Positions 28,084-37,154 of a DNA stretch of 40,051 nucleotides are shown piece by piece. The notes beneath the pieces are model-generated. The model was not told the origin of the DNA, searched no databases, and was given only the letters and a program-made list of their open reading frames with translations. The translations under genes and the position numbers were made by a program. This stretch comes from a bacterium. Its GTDB lineage: Bacteria > Hinthialibacterota > Hinthialibacteria > Hinthialibacterales > Hinthialibacteraceae. Where the stretch lies: contig JBHGBC010000044.1 in the NCBI GenBank assembly GCA_041946805.1, positions 1 to 40,051 on the forward strand. Reading direction: 5' to 3'. Position 1 is the stretch's first letter; the number at the start of each line of letters is the position of its first letter.

Positions 28084-29715
28084 ATGTATTTGAATTTCTA
28101 CAACATGATCCGGGAGCCTTTTCACGTCACGCCCGATCCCTCGTTTCTGTTTTTAAGCCCGACGCACAAGGAAGCACTCGCATCGATTATCTATGGAATC
28201 GAACAACGCAAGGGCTTCATCTCGATCATCGGGGAGGTGGGGACGGGCAAGACCACGATCATCCGCTCGTTCCTGGAACGGATCGACCGGACCAAAATCA
28301 AGCCGGTTTACGTTTTCAACTCCAACATCTCCATCAAGGAACTGCTGAAAACCTTTTTCCAGGAAATGGAGATCGCGCCGCTCAGCGACAAACTGGACGA
28401 CCTGTTCCGCCAGGTGCATGAAGTCTTGATCGAGGAGTACCGGAAAGAAAATGTCGTGGTGCTGATCGTGGACGAAGCCCAAAACATGCCCATCGAAACG
28501 CTGGAGCAGTTGCGGGTGTTGTCCAACCTGGAAACGACCAACGACAAACTGATCCAAATCGTCCTGGTGGGACAGCCGGAATTCGCCCACAAACTGAATC
28601 TGCACAAGCTGCGGCAACTCAAACAGCGGATCTCCATCCAAGCCAAGATCAATCCCCTCACCGACAAGGAAAGTCACCAATACATTCAACACCGCTTGTC
28701 CCAGGTCACGTTGCGGGATGACAAGATTTTTTCCAAGGGCGCGTTGAAGCACATCGTGAAGCATGCCGCCGGCATTCCCCGCAGCTTGAACATCCTGTGC
28801 GACAATACCCTCATCGCCGGCTACGGGGCGCAGAAAAATCCGGTCCCGGGCTGGATCGCGAAGCAAGTGATCACCGAGTTCGAGGGATTGGATCAACCCA
28901 AGCGCTTATCGTGGCGGTATGCCCTGGCGTTGGCGGCCGTGGCGCTCCTCTTCCTGGGATTTTGGAAATGGGACCGCATTGCCGAAACCTTGCATCTCAG
29001 CCTCGGTGAACCAGCCGCGCGGGAGATCCAATCAGCCGCCGGAGGATTGGAAGATGCCGCGAATCCCCGCTGGACACCCGGTCCCGCGGAGGAGGTATCC
29101 ATGAATCCGGTGGACCGAGTGGAATCTACCGGTGTCCCCACCGCCACTTCTCAGACGATCCCCGCCCCAACACCCGCGTCCGCCAAACCGGCGGGAGGGG
29201 AAAATCGGCCGACGGCTAAACCAATTCCCACCGTGGCGGAACCGAAAGCCACACCCACGCCGGTCTCGGCAACCGGTGAAAATCCTGAGGCCTCCCCGAC
29301 GTCCGGCGAGGCCGACTCCAAGGGCGTTGCGGAACCCACGCCGGCCGGGAATTCATCCCCGGAATCCCAAAACCCGGATAGCGCGCAATCCGCCGCGTCC
29401 ATGGAGAATCCGCACTCAACCAGCCATGACCTGGCCGTGAATCCGGACACGGAAAACGTCCTGCAAACCAACATTCTGAAACTGGAAAAGAACCGAGCGC
29501 CCAATCCGGCCGTGCCGGACGCGGCGGGTGAAGTGCGGATAATGGTGAAACCCGGCGACATGTTGACCAAACTGTCATTGCATGTTTATGGATACACCAA
29601 CAACAAGGTGATCCAAAAAATCTTGGAGAACAATCCTCATATCCAAAATCCGGATTTTATTCAGGTGGGAGAGCAAGTGGTGTTTCCCCCATTGAATCCA
29701 ACCAACTTGCCATGA
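28084..29715 (+). CDS. ExeA/GspA-family AAA ATPase with TM helix, P/A/S/T-rich linker and C-terminal LysM-like domain
   Basis: EPFHVTPDP, GEVGTGKTT, LIVDEAQN, LVGQPE, QLKQRI, GIPRSLNILCD; TM ALALAAVALLFLGFW; VKPGDMLTKL..YG..NP.IQNPDFIQVGEQV. Confidence 0.9.
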   Translation: MYLNFYNMIREPFHVTPDPSFLFLSPTHKEALASIIYGIEQRKGFISIIGEVGTGKTTIIRSFLERIDRTKIKPVYVFNSNISIKELLKTFFQEMEIAPLSDKLDDLFRQVHEVLIEEYRKENVVVLIVDEAQNMPIETLEQLRVLSNLETTNDKLIQIVLVGQPEFAHKLNLHKLRQLKQRISIQAKINPLTDKESHQYIQHRLSQVTLRDDKIFSKGALKHIVKHAAGIPRSLNILCDNTLIAGYGAQKNPVPGWIAKQVITEFEGLDQPKRLSWRYALALAAVALLFLGFWKWDRIAETLHLSLGEPAAREIQSAAGGLEDAANPRWTPGPAEEVSMNPVDRVESTGVPTATSQTIPAPTPASAKPAGGENRPTAKPIPTVAEPKATPTPVSATGENPEASPTSGEADSKGVAEPTPAGNSSPESQNPDSAQSAASMENPHSTSHDLAVNPDTENVLQTNILKLEKNRAPNPAVPDAAGEVRIMVKPGDMLTKLSLHVYGYTNNKVIQKILENNPHIQNPDFIQVGEQVVFPPLNPTNLP

Positions 29716-29745
29716 GACAAAAGGGGAATTGAAGGGGACTACGCG

Positions 29746-30468
29746 ATGGCCAAAATTTACGAAGCATTGGAGCTGTCGGGGAAAGAGTTGGCGGGGGTGA
29801 AACGGGACATGTTGGCCCCGCCCCCGTCGTTGGAGATCCCCAAACTGATCGAGGAGAAATTGCATAACTTGTATCTCAACATCCTGTCGGTGCTGCCGAA
29901 GGAACGGGGGATCGTGGTGGAATTTATCGGTTCGCTGCGGGGAGAGGGCACTTCGACCCTCATCCGGGAATTCGCCAAGTTCATCGCCAAACGCTCCAAC
30001 AAGAAGGTTTTGTTATTGGACGCGGACACCCATCAACCGGCCCAATGCCGCGCCTTCGGGATTACGCCCCGCTATGGCTTGAAAGATGTGGTTGAAAACG
30101 GGATGGATCTGGAAAAAGCGGTCGTCCGGATGGCGGATAGCCCTCTGTACCTCAGTCAGATCGTACTCACCCCGTCGCCGTTGACCTTTTTTGACACCAT
30201 GCAATTCGACACCATCCTGCGGGGATTGATGAGCGATTACGATTTTCTGCTCATCGACGCGCCCCCGGCGGAAAGTTCGCAAGACGGGATGGTGTTGTCC
30301 CGCAAGGTGGACGGAGTCGTGATCATCATTGAGGCGGAGCGCACCCGGTGGCAGGTGGCGGCCAATTTGCGGGACCGGATTATAAAACACGACGGAAACA
30401 TCCTGGGCGTGGTATTGAACAAGCGCCGTAACGTGATTCCCAAAATGATTTACGAAAAGTTTTCCTGA
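29746..30468 (+). CDS. CpsD/CapB family BY-kinase-like protein (Walker A Lys replaced by Thr)
   Basis: MAKIYEALE; GSLRGEGTST; LLLDAD; LLIDAPP; DGVVIIIEAERT; ILGVVLNK; no C-terminal Tyr cluster. Confidence 0.88.
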   Translation: MAKIYEALELSGKELAGVKRDMLAPPPSLEIPKLIEEKLHNLYLNILSVLPKERGIVVEFIGSLRGEGTSTLIREFAKFIAKRSNKKVLLLDADTHQPAQCRAFGITPRYGLKDVVENGMDLEKAVVRMADSPLYLSQIVLTPSPLTFFDTMQFDTILRGLMSDYDFLLIDAPPAESSQDGMVLSRKVDGVVIIIEAERTRWQVAANLRDRIIKHDGNILGVVLNKRRNVIPKMIYEKFS

Positions 30469-30923
30469 TTCGCGGGCGTAGCCCCCGTTTCAAAATGCCG
30501 CCGGGATTTGGATATATGGTCTGAACAAACCTGTGGACAATAGGCCTTGAATGCCCCCGCGCGGGAGAGAAAGACAACAACGCGGGGAGGTTGTGGACCG
30601 CGAGGGGTGGGTTTCTGTTGCAAGTGTTTAAAAGTCAGTAATTTATATCATGTTATCATGACATAACGCAAGTGATGCGGTGAACGGGAGGCGGAGATGA
30701 TCCTTGCCTGGAAGGCCCGGTCAAAGTCGACGAGGCGTTTTATTATGCATCTTGGCATCCAGCCTGAAGTCTTTTGTTGATTAAATTTGTCATGTATAGG
30801 AGTGGATTCCAAAAATCGCGCTTTAGCGGATCCGGGCGCTTTTACATGGTGAGTGGAGTGGGTGTCTGCGTGTCCGGTTCCATGGATCAGGGCGGGAAGA
30901 ACCAATGAATAATGAAGTTATAT

Positions 30924-31134
30924 GGTTCGACCAGTATATGTGTACTTTTTTATCAACCATGTCGGGCCGCTCTTCCATCGGGCGGGCCGGAGAGATCAAT
31001 CCCCTAACCCCTCTCCCTCTGGGAGAGCGCTAGAGTGAGGGATTTTGGGTAGTGGCGGATCTGGGTGTTCACCCGGATTAGCGGGTGGAGGAAAGGCCTT
31101 TGATACCGTCAGGTACGCAATGGCCGGATGAACC
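30924..31134 (+). mobile_element. MITE copy B (211 bp) with perfect 8-bp target-site duplication
   Basis: AGTTATAT at 30916-30923 and 31135-31142; TIRs GGTTCGACCAGTATATGTGTAC / GTACGCAATGGCCGGATGAACC; core 31009-31041. Confidence 0.9.
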
Positions 31135-31268
31135 AGTTATATTGATTTATGTTAAAAAATGAATATTGGATTGAATAAGTTCAAAAAGAGACAAGGAACA
31201 GGGATTCTGGATCAAAATGAGAATCCTAGGAGAAAGGAGAGGATGAATGAGAAGAAATCTTGTTCGAA

Positions 31269-31284
31269 AATGTAATATTACATT
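31269..31284. promoter_or_regulatory. Perfect 16-bp palindrome AATGTAATATTACATT, candidate operator
   Basis: Self-complementary; in the AT-rich region upstream of the EPS biosynthesis genes. Confidence 0.4.
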
Positions 31285-31946
31285 ATCTGAAATTTTTCAT
31301 GTGTATCATAATATGGTGTTCATTTAAGGAATGCAGATCAGGTTTGATTATTGCTGTTAAATATGATAAAAATGATTTAATTTGTAAATAATTAAGGTGT
31401 TTTACCAGCAGGATCAGTATGATAACCAAGAACCGCAGGGATCTGCACCATTCATATTTCGTTAAATCCTGGATTATAAAGAAATTTGGTATGGAATTTG
31501 TTAGTAAAGAAAAGAAGCAATCAGGTTCTTTTGGGGGAAGAAAAAAACAAGATTTTTGCTTCCGCTTCTTTCTTGATCTACCTTGACTTTGTTTATAAAA
31601 TAAGTAATGTATATGACTATATAGTTATATATATCCGGCAGAAAATTGGATGAAGGCATCGTAAGGGCAACAAAATCGACGGGTAATATTTGAAAAACCA
31701 ATCAACAGGGGATTACGGGTTTCGGGATTATTTCAGATCGGTCGTTCAAACCAACAACGGGTCAACTTGTTTTCAAAGGGGCATTTGGAAGCATTCTGGT
31801 CCTTCATTTTCATCCGTTGGAACAAAGGCACTTCGGCGAAAATAGGGAATGTGTTGGTTTGGTTTGAGCGGTGGGCCGCGCCGTTTGGGTCATTGATCCT
31901 GAACCGGTGTGGCTCCACGGATGACGAAGGGATTTGTTCCAACTCA

Positions 31947-32531
31947 ATGGGATCAACCAAGTCGTTTCTGCAAGGCGTACTCCGCCGGCTGGGGCTGGCG
32001 GGGAATCACGGAAGCAGTCCGGTCGTGGCCGGTCTGCTGGGGCCGGAAGAGTTTGTCGAACGCTTGCAGCAGGAGAGGCTGCGCGCAGACCGCACCCATT
32101 CGCATTTTACGCTGGTGTTGTTCAGCGTCCCGGCGGAAGGCGTGAATGCGCAGGAGCACCGCTGGCTGCTTGAGCGGCTCGCCGTGATTATCCGGGACCG
32201 GAGCCGGCGCAGCGACGTAAAGGGATTCTACGGCGACGCCCGGGACCGCATCGGCCTGATGTTGCCTAACACGAGGTCCGAGGAAGCGTTGGTCCTGGTG
32301 CATGCGGTGGAAGACCGGTTCATCAACCAGGTGAAAGTCAAGGGGGTGATCGCGGGGATCGTGCCGGAAATTACTTGCGATGTGTATGCCTATCCCGAAA
32401 AAAAGGAAGCCCAGATCTTTGAGGAGAAGCAGGAAGGTTCATGCAACGGGATGGCACATCATGCCACGGAATTGCCTTTAATGGCCAACTTGTCCGCTCA
32501 AAAAATCCAGGAAGAGAGGAATGTGATCTGA
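31947..32531 (+). CDS. Degenerate GGDEF-like domain protein (RxxD I-site retained); start uncertain
   Basis: FVERLQQERLRADR..FTLVLF..RRSD-VKGFY-GDARD-RIGLMLPNT follows the GGDEF pattern; stop overlaps next start (TGATG). Confidence 0.72.
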   Translation: MGSTKSFLQGVLRRLGLAGNHGSSPVVAGLLGPEEFVERLQQERLRADRTHSHFTLVLFSVPAEGVNAQEHRWLLERLAVIIRDRSRRSDVKGFYGDARDRIGLMLPNTRSEEALVLVHAVEDRFINQVKVKGVIAGIVPEITCDVYAYPEKKEAQIFEEKQEGSCNGMAHHATELPLMANLSAQKIQEERNVI

Positions 32532-33211
32532 TGGCGAAAATCAATACACTACCTCTGAACACGCTTTTGGTTCAGCCGATATCTCCAGGCAAGAGGTTCT
32601 TGGATATCGGGGGGGCTTTGGTGGGCCTGGTCGTGTTGTCTCCCTTGTTTCTACTGCTCGCGGTTTTCATCAAAATCGTCTCACCGGGCCCGGTGTTTTT
32701 CAAGCAGCAACGCATTGGAGCCGGGGGTAAGCCGTTTCTGTTTTGGAAATTCCGGACGATGCGGGTCAACGCCGACACCCATGTGCATCAGAAATACCTG
32801 GCGGAGCTGATCAAAAGCTCCGAAAAAAGCGGCAACGACGCCAAACCGATGAACAAACTGGAGAACGATCCGCGGGTCATCCCCTTCGGAAAATACATCC
32901 GTAAGTCGTGTCTGGACGAACTGCCGCAGTTGATCAACGTGTTGCGGGGTGAAATGAGCCTGGTGGGCCCCCGTCCTCCCATTCCTTACGAGGTGCAGGA
33001 ATACGCGAACTGGCACCGGGAGCGGCTGGATATCGTGCCCGGCATGACGGGACTGTGGCAAGTCAGCGGGAAAAACCGCTTGTCGTTCACCGAAATGTTG
33101 CGGTTGGACATCCGGTACATGAAGCAAGCGACGGTTTGGACGGATCTGAGGATTCTGCTCAAGACGCCCTCGGCGATCGTGGGACAGATCCGGGACGCCG
33201 TCGGGTATTGA
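32531..33211 (+). CDS. Priming sugar transferase (phosphoglycosyl transferase, Bac_transf)
   Basis: KRFLDI, SPGPVFFKQQRIG, KFRTM, DPRV, LDELPQLINVLRGEMSLVGPRP, PGMTGLWQVSG, LDIRY. Confidence 0.95.
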   Translation: MAKINTLPLNTLLVQPISPGKRFLDIGGALVGLVVLSPLFLLLAVFIKIVSPGPVFFKQQRIGAGGKPFLFWKFRTMRVNADTHVHQKYLAELIKSSEKSGNDAKPMNKLENDPRVIPFGKYIRKSCLDELPQLINVLRGEMSLVGPRPPIPYEVQEYANWHRERLDIVPGMTGLWQVSGKNRLSFTEMLRLDIRYMKQATVWTDLRILLKTPSAIVGQIRDAVGY

Positions 33212-33314
33212 GACCATTCCTGTTCATAAGCGAACATTCAACCCAAGGCAGCGAAATGCCGGGTGAACCGATTCAGGCGGAACGCGAGTCCGAAAGGGGG
33301 ATTACATTACGCAC

Positions 33315-34349
33315 ATGATCAATATCGCCGTCACCGGGTGTGGTTATTGGGGGCCCAATCTGATCCGCAATTTTCATTTTCTGGCGGAACACGGTTCCAA
33401 AAACAGCCGCTGCAAATTGAAAAAGGTGTGTGATACCGACAAAAAGCGTTTGTCCCACATCAAAAGCTTGTACCCGGACGTGGACGTGACCCCCGACTAC
33501 CAGGAGATCGTCTCGGATCCGGGCATTGACGCGGTAGTGATCGCCACCCCGGTCCGTTATCACTACGCCATGGCGAAGCAGAGTCTGGAGGCCGGGAAGC
33601 ATACCTTCATCGAGAAGCCGATGGCTTCGTCGGTGGCGGAGTGCGCCGAACTGGACCGCTTGGCGCGGGACAAGAAACTGACGCTGATGGTGGGGCATAC
33701 GTTCATCTATTCCCCGCCGGTGCGCCGGATCCGTGAAATCATTCAATCCGGCGACCTGGGCGAGTTGCTGTACATCAGTTCGTGGCGGTTGAATCTGGGC
33801 TTGTTCCAGCGCGACATCAACGTGGCCTGGGACTTGGCGCCCCATGACATTTCCATCATCCTGTTCATCACCAAGGCCAGTCCGGTTTCCGTGAACTGCC
33901 AGGGGAAGGCGCACGTGACGCCGAAGGTTGAGGATGTGACCAACATGTCCATCCACTTCGACAACGGAGTATTCGCCACCATCCAAAACAGCTGGTTGAA
34001 TCCCAACAAGATCCGCAAATCGATGTTCGTCGGAAAAAACCGGATGCTGGTCTACGACGACCTGGAGCCGTTGGAGAAGATCAAGATCTACGACCAGCGC
34101 GTCAGTACGCCGCCGCACTACGACACCTTCGCCGAATTTCAATACTCGTATCATTACGGGGACGTGTACTCGCCCTACATCAAGCAGGACGAACCCTTGA
34201 AGGTCGAGTGCCAGCATTTCCTGGATTGCATCCAATCCGGCCAGGAGCCGGATTCGGGCGGCCGGGAAGGAATCCAGGTAGTCCGCATCGTTGAAGCCGC
34301 ATGTCAATCCCTCCACAACGACGGTCACAAGGTTGTGGTGACGGATTGA
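33315..34349 (+). CDS. Gfo/Idh/MocA family dehydrogenase (nucleotide-sugar oxidoreductase, WbpB/WlbA-like)
   Basis: GCGYWGPNLIRNF, IATP, FIEKPMA, MVGHTF, WDLAPHDIS, EPLKVECQHF. Confidence 0.92.
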   Translation: MINIAVTGCGYWGPNLIRNFHFLAEHGSKNSRCKLKKVCDTDKKRLSHIKSLYPDVDVTPDYQEIVSDPGIDAVVIATPVRYHYAMAKQSLEAGKHTFIEKPMASSVAECAELDRLARDKKLTLMVGHTFIYSPPVRRIREIIQSGDLGELLYISSWRLNLGLFQRDINVAWDLAPHDISIILFITKASPVSVNCQGKAHVTPKVEDVTNMSIHFDNGVFATIQNSWLNPNKIRKSMFVGKNRMLVYDDLEPLEKIKIYDQRVSTPPHYDTFAEFQYSYHYGDVYSPYIKQDEPLKVECQHFLDCIQSGQEPDSGGREGIQVVRIVEAACQSLHNDGHKVVVTD

Positions 34350-34698
34350 AGGGATCGATGGATCGCTAGGGGACAACCGGTCTCGGGATCCGCTCGGGGG
34401 AGCATTCCCGCAGCGGTCTCTCTCTTTCCCGCGGGGGATCGAATGGGGCCGGATCCCCGATAATACCCCTTCGTTGCCGCTTTTACCGGCAGGTCATTCT
34501 CCCTCGGTTCCCCACGCGCGCCGGGAAGCGGTTAAGGAGTGCTCTACGATCAGGGATTATCCGTGGCCATCTGGACCGCCGGGCTTCCGGTTTCCTTGAA
34601 TCCCCCATCCGGATGGGGGTTGAGAATCATGCGGATGAGAGAGGCCGGGGACGTGTGGATGCCGCCGGCCGGGAACCGGATCCGCTTCTGAGATACTC

Positions 34699-35979
34699 AT
34701 GAAGTCAACCACTACTCGCGGCGTTTCCATTTTCATCAACATCCCGCTGCTCTGGTTCATTCTGGCCATTGTCCGGTGGCGGATCGACACCGCTCCGTTG
34801 GAATTGGCGTTGCTGAACGAGGGATCGGCCCTGCTGCGGCAGATATTAAGCGGATTGATCCTGGCCGGCCTGTTGGTCCTGGCCGTGCGGCGGATCTCCC
34901 TGCGGATGTTTGTCCGCACCAATCCGTGGATCGTGTTGCTTTTTATCTACATGGGGGCCAGCTTCGTGTGGTCCGCGTATCCCGCGATCTCGTTCAAACG
35001 CTGGATCAAAACGTTCGGCGTACTGGTGATGGTTTTGATGATCTGGACCGAGGAGAATCCCCCGGAAGCGATTAAAGCCTTGTTCCGCCGTTACACCTAC
35101 TTGACGCTGCCGCTTTCGCTGGTGCTGATCCACTTGGTTCCGGCCCTGGGATGGCGGACCTTGGCCGACGGGGGGCGGGAAATGATCGGCATTACGCAAG
35201 GGAAAAACAGCCTGGGAATACTGGCCCTGATGATCGCCGTGTATTACACCTGGGAAATCTGGACCGCCCACCGGCAGGGGAGGGTCAGGAAAGGCGACGT
35301 TGTATTTTTGGGCATGGCGGTCTATACGCTGGCCATCACGAACAGCGTCACCTCCCTATTTTCGTATCTGGCGTTTTTGGTCATCATGACCATGCTGAGC
35401 CTGTCGGTCCCGAATATCAACAGGAAATTTTTTCTCACCGTATATGCCGCGGTGATGGCCGTGCTGGCGTTGAATCTCTTCGAGGAGCTCTTCATCCACG
35501 GTTCATTCTTGGCGCTGATTTTTAAGTCGTTCGGCCGCGACATGACGTTCACGGGCCGCTGGGACCTATGGCACTACGTCTTGAGGATCGCGGGGTATTT
35601 TCTGGTCCTGGGTTACGGGTACGGCAGTTTTTGGATTGCCGGACCGCATATCTATTACGCGCACGAACAATGGCACGCCAACGAGGCGCACAACGGCTAC
35701 CTGGACGTTTACCTGGAACTGGGCGCCGTGGGGCTGATGTTGCTGCTGGCGGTGATCGTAAGCGGTTACCGGAAGATCGTGCGGGATTACCCCGCGGATC
35801 CAGTGTTCAACGGTTTCCGGTTCGCGTTGTTCGTGGTGGTATTGCTGCATAACTTGACGGAAACCAGCCTGTGCAAGCTGAATAATCCCCTGTGGTTTTT
35901 GTTCTTACTCGTGGTGGTGACCTGCCCGTATCCTCGCATCCAGCCTATGCAGAAAACCTTGTCACAAGGAGCCGGGTGA
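34699..35979 (+). CDS. O-antigen ligase / Wzy polymerase family membrane protein
   Basis: Polytopic; GITQGKNSLG, TNSVTS, GRDMTFTGRWDLW, LGYGYGSFW, AHNGYLDVYLELG. Confidence 0.9.
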   Translation: MKSTTTRGVSIFINIPLLWFILAIVRWRIDTAPLELALLNEGSALLRQILSGLILAGLLVLAVRRISLRMFVRTNPWIVLLFIYMGASFVWSAYPAISFKRWIKTFGVLVMVLMIWTEENPPEAIKALFRRYTYLTLPLSLVLIHLVPALGWRTLADGGREMIGITQGKNSLGILALMIAVYYTWEIWTAHRQGRVRKGDVVFLGMAVYTLAITNSVTSLFSYLAFLVIMTMLSLSVPNINRKFFLTVYAAVMAVLALNLFEELFIHGSFLALIFKSFGRDMTFTGRWDLWHYVLRIAGYFLVLGYGYGSFWIAGPHIYYAHEQWHANEAHNGYLDVYLELGAVGLMLLLAVIVSGYRKIVRDYPADPVFNGFRFALFVVVLLHNLTETSLCKLNNPLWFLFLLVVVTCPYPRIQPMQKTLSQGAG

Positions 35980-36027
35980 TTCGTAACGCATCGGCGATGG
36001 TGGAGTCCACTCACCCAACAGAAAATC

Positions 36028-36777
36028 ATGGGCGCCGTCAAGAACCTGATTTATCGGATCCTGCATTTTCTCGGATTATACCCGGGCATCTATTTTATCC
36101 GCAGCCCGTTCAAGATCCATGAATTTTTCGAATTGCTGAAAGGCGTGTCGATAACCCCTCAGGACGTGATCCTGGACCTGGGATGCGGCCGGGGATTGCA
36201 GACCATGGTTCTCGGACGGTGCTGCCAGCGCATCGTGGGCACCGATGCGTCGGAATCCCTGATTGAGATCGCGCGGCGGATGACCCGCCTGCTGGGCCTG
36301 GATCGCACCGTTGAATTCGAATGCCGGAAAGTGGAGGACTACACCTTCGGTCCGGAGATTTTCGACAAGATCTTCAGCATCTGCGTGTTGGAGCATATCC
36401 CCCATTACCGGGAGATTCTGGGCCTGTTATACCGGTATTTGAAACGAGACGGCCAGATCATTTTCTCCGTGGATAGCCTGGCTACGATCCAGGATCCGCA
36501 AATTATCGAACAACACAAGCAGGACCACCATGTGGCCCATTATTATACACCAGCGGAGTTGACCTCCCTCTTGGAGGAAACTGGATACCGGGACATCACG
36601 GTCTATCCGATTTTCCGGAGTGGCTATGCCCGGGATCTTTTCAGCCAAGGGGTACGTAATCAATTTCAATATGGAATTTTGGATTCCTGCCTGAAATACT
36701 GGAAACTGAAGAAGGAGGAAGAGGCATGCGAAAACCATACCAAGGGGATTTTCCTGGTGGCGAAGTGCCGGAAATGA
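36028..36777 (+). CDS. Class I SAM-dependent methyltransferase
   Basis: VILDLGCGRG motif I, GTDAS, FDKIFSICVLEHI, LKRDG. Confidence 0.9.
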   Translation: MGAVKNLIYRILHFLGLYPGIYFIRSPFKIHEFFELLKGVSITPQDVILDLGCGRGLQTMVLGRCCQRIVGTDASESLIEIARRMTRLLGLDRTVEFECRKVEDYTFGPEIFDKIFSICVLEHIPHYREILGLLYRYLKRDGQIIFSVDSLATIQDPQIIEQHKQDHHVAHYYTPAELTSLLEETGYRDITVYPIFRSGYARDLFSQGVRNQFQYGILDSCLKYWKLKKEEEACENHTKGIFLVAKCRK

Positions 36778-37154
36778 TGACGCCGGTCCGCTCCGGAGCG
36801 GATTCCTTTTACGGAATGCCGCCACGTGGCCGCGCAACCTGACGGAAACCTGGGCAATTTGAACCATCCAGGGTGGATGTGGTTCTGGATGTCCGCGATC
36901 GGAATGTCCAACGCCATGCGGATGACGAACACGGCGCCGGCGGTCACTCCGGGTGCGGGGACGCCGGAATCGGATGTCGTTTCCGGATACCAGCGGATTC
37001 ACACCTTTCATCCCTCCCGGCCGTGAGGTTCTGTCCCATCCGGCTGGAGGGGTATGCGCAAGATGATATTTCCGGCAAAACAACTTACCGATTCCGCGGC
37101 CGGCGCATGGAACCGGCCCACCGGATTCATACAGAAAAAGCAACGAAGGAAACC

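Noticed and set aside
31487..31502. Sigma54-like TGGTAT-N5-TTGT site
   Set aside because: Lacks the conserved -12 GC and lies about 450 bp from the next start
32399..32422. In-frame A_AAA_AAG slippery heptamer that could fuse the GGDEF-like ORF to the sugar transferase by -1 frameshift
   Set aside because: The -1 frame hits TGA at 32420-32422 before reaching the transferase; TGATG coupling explains the arrangement
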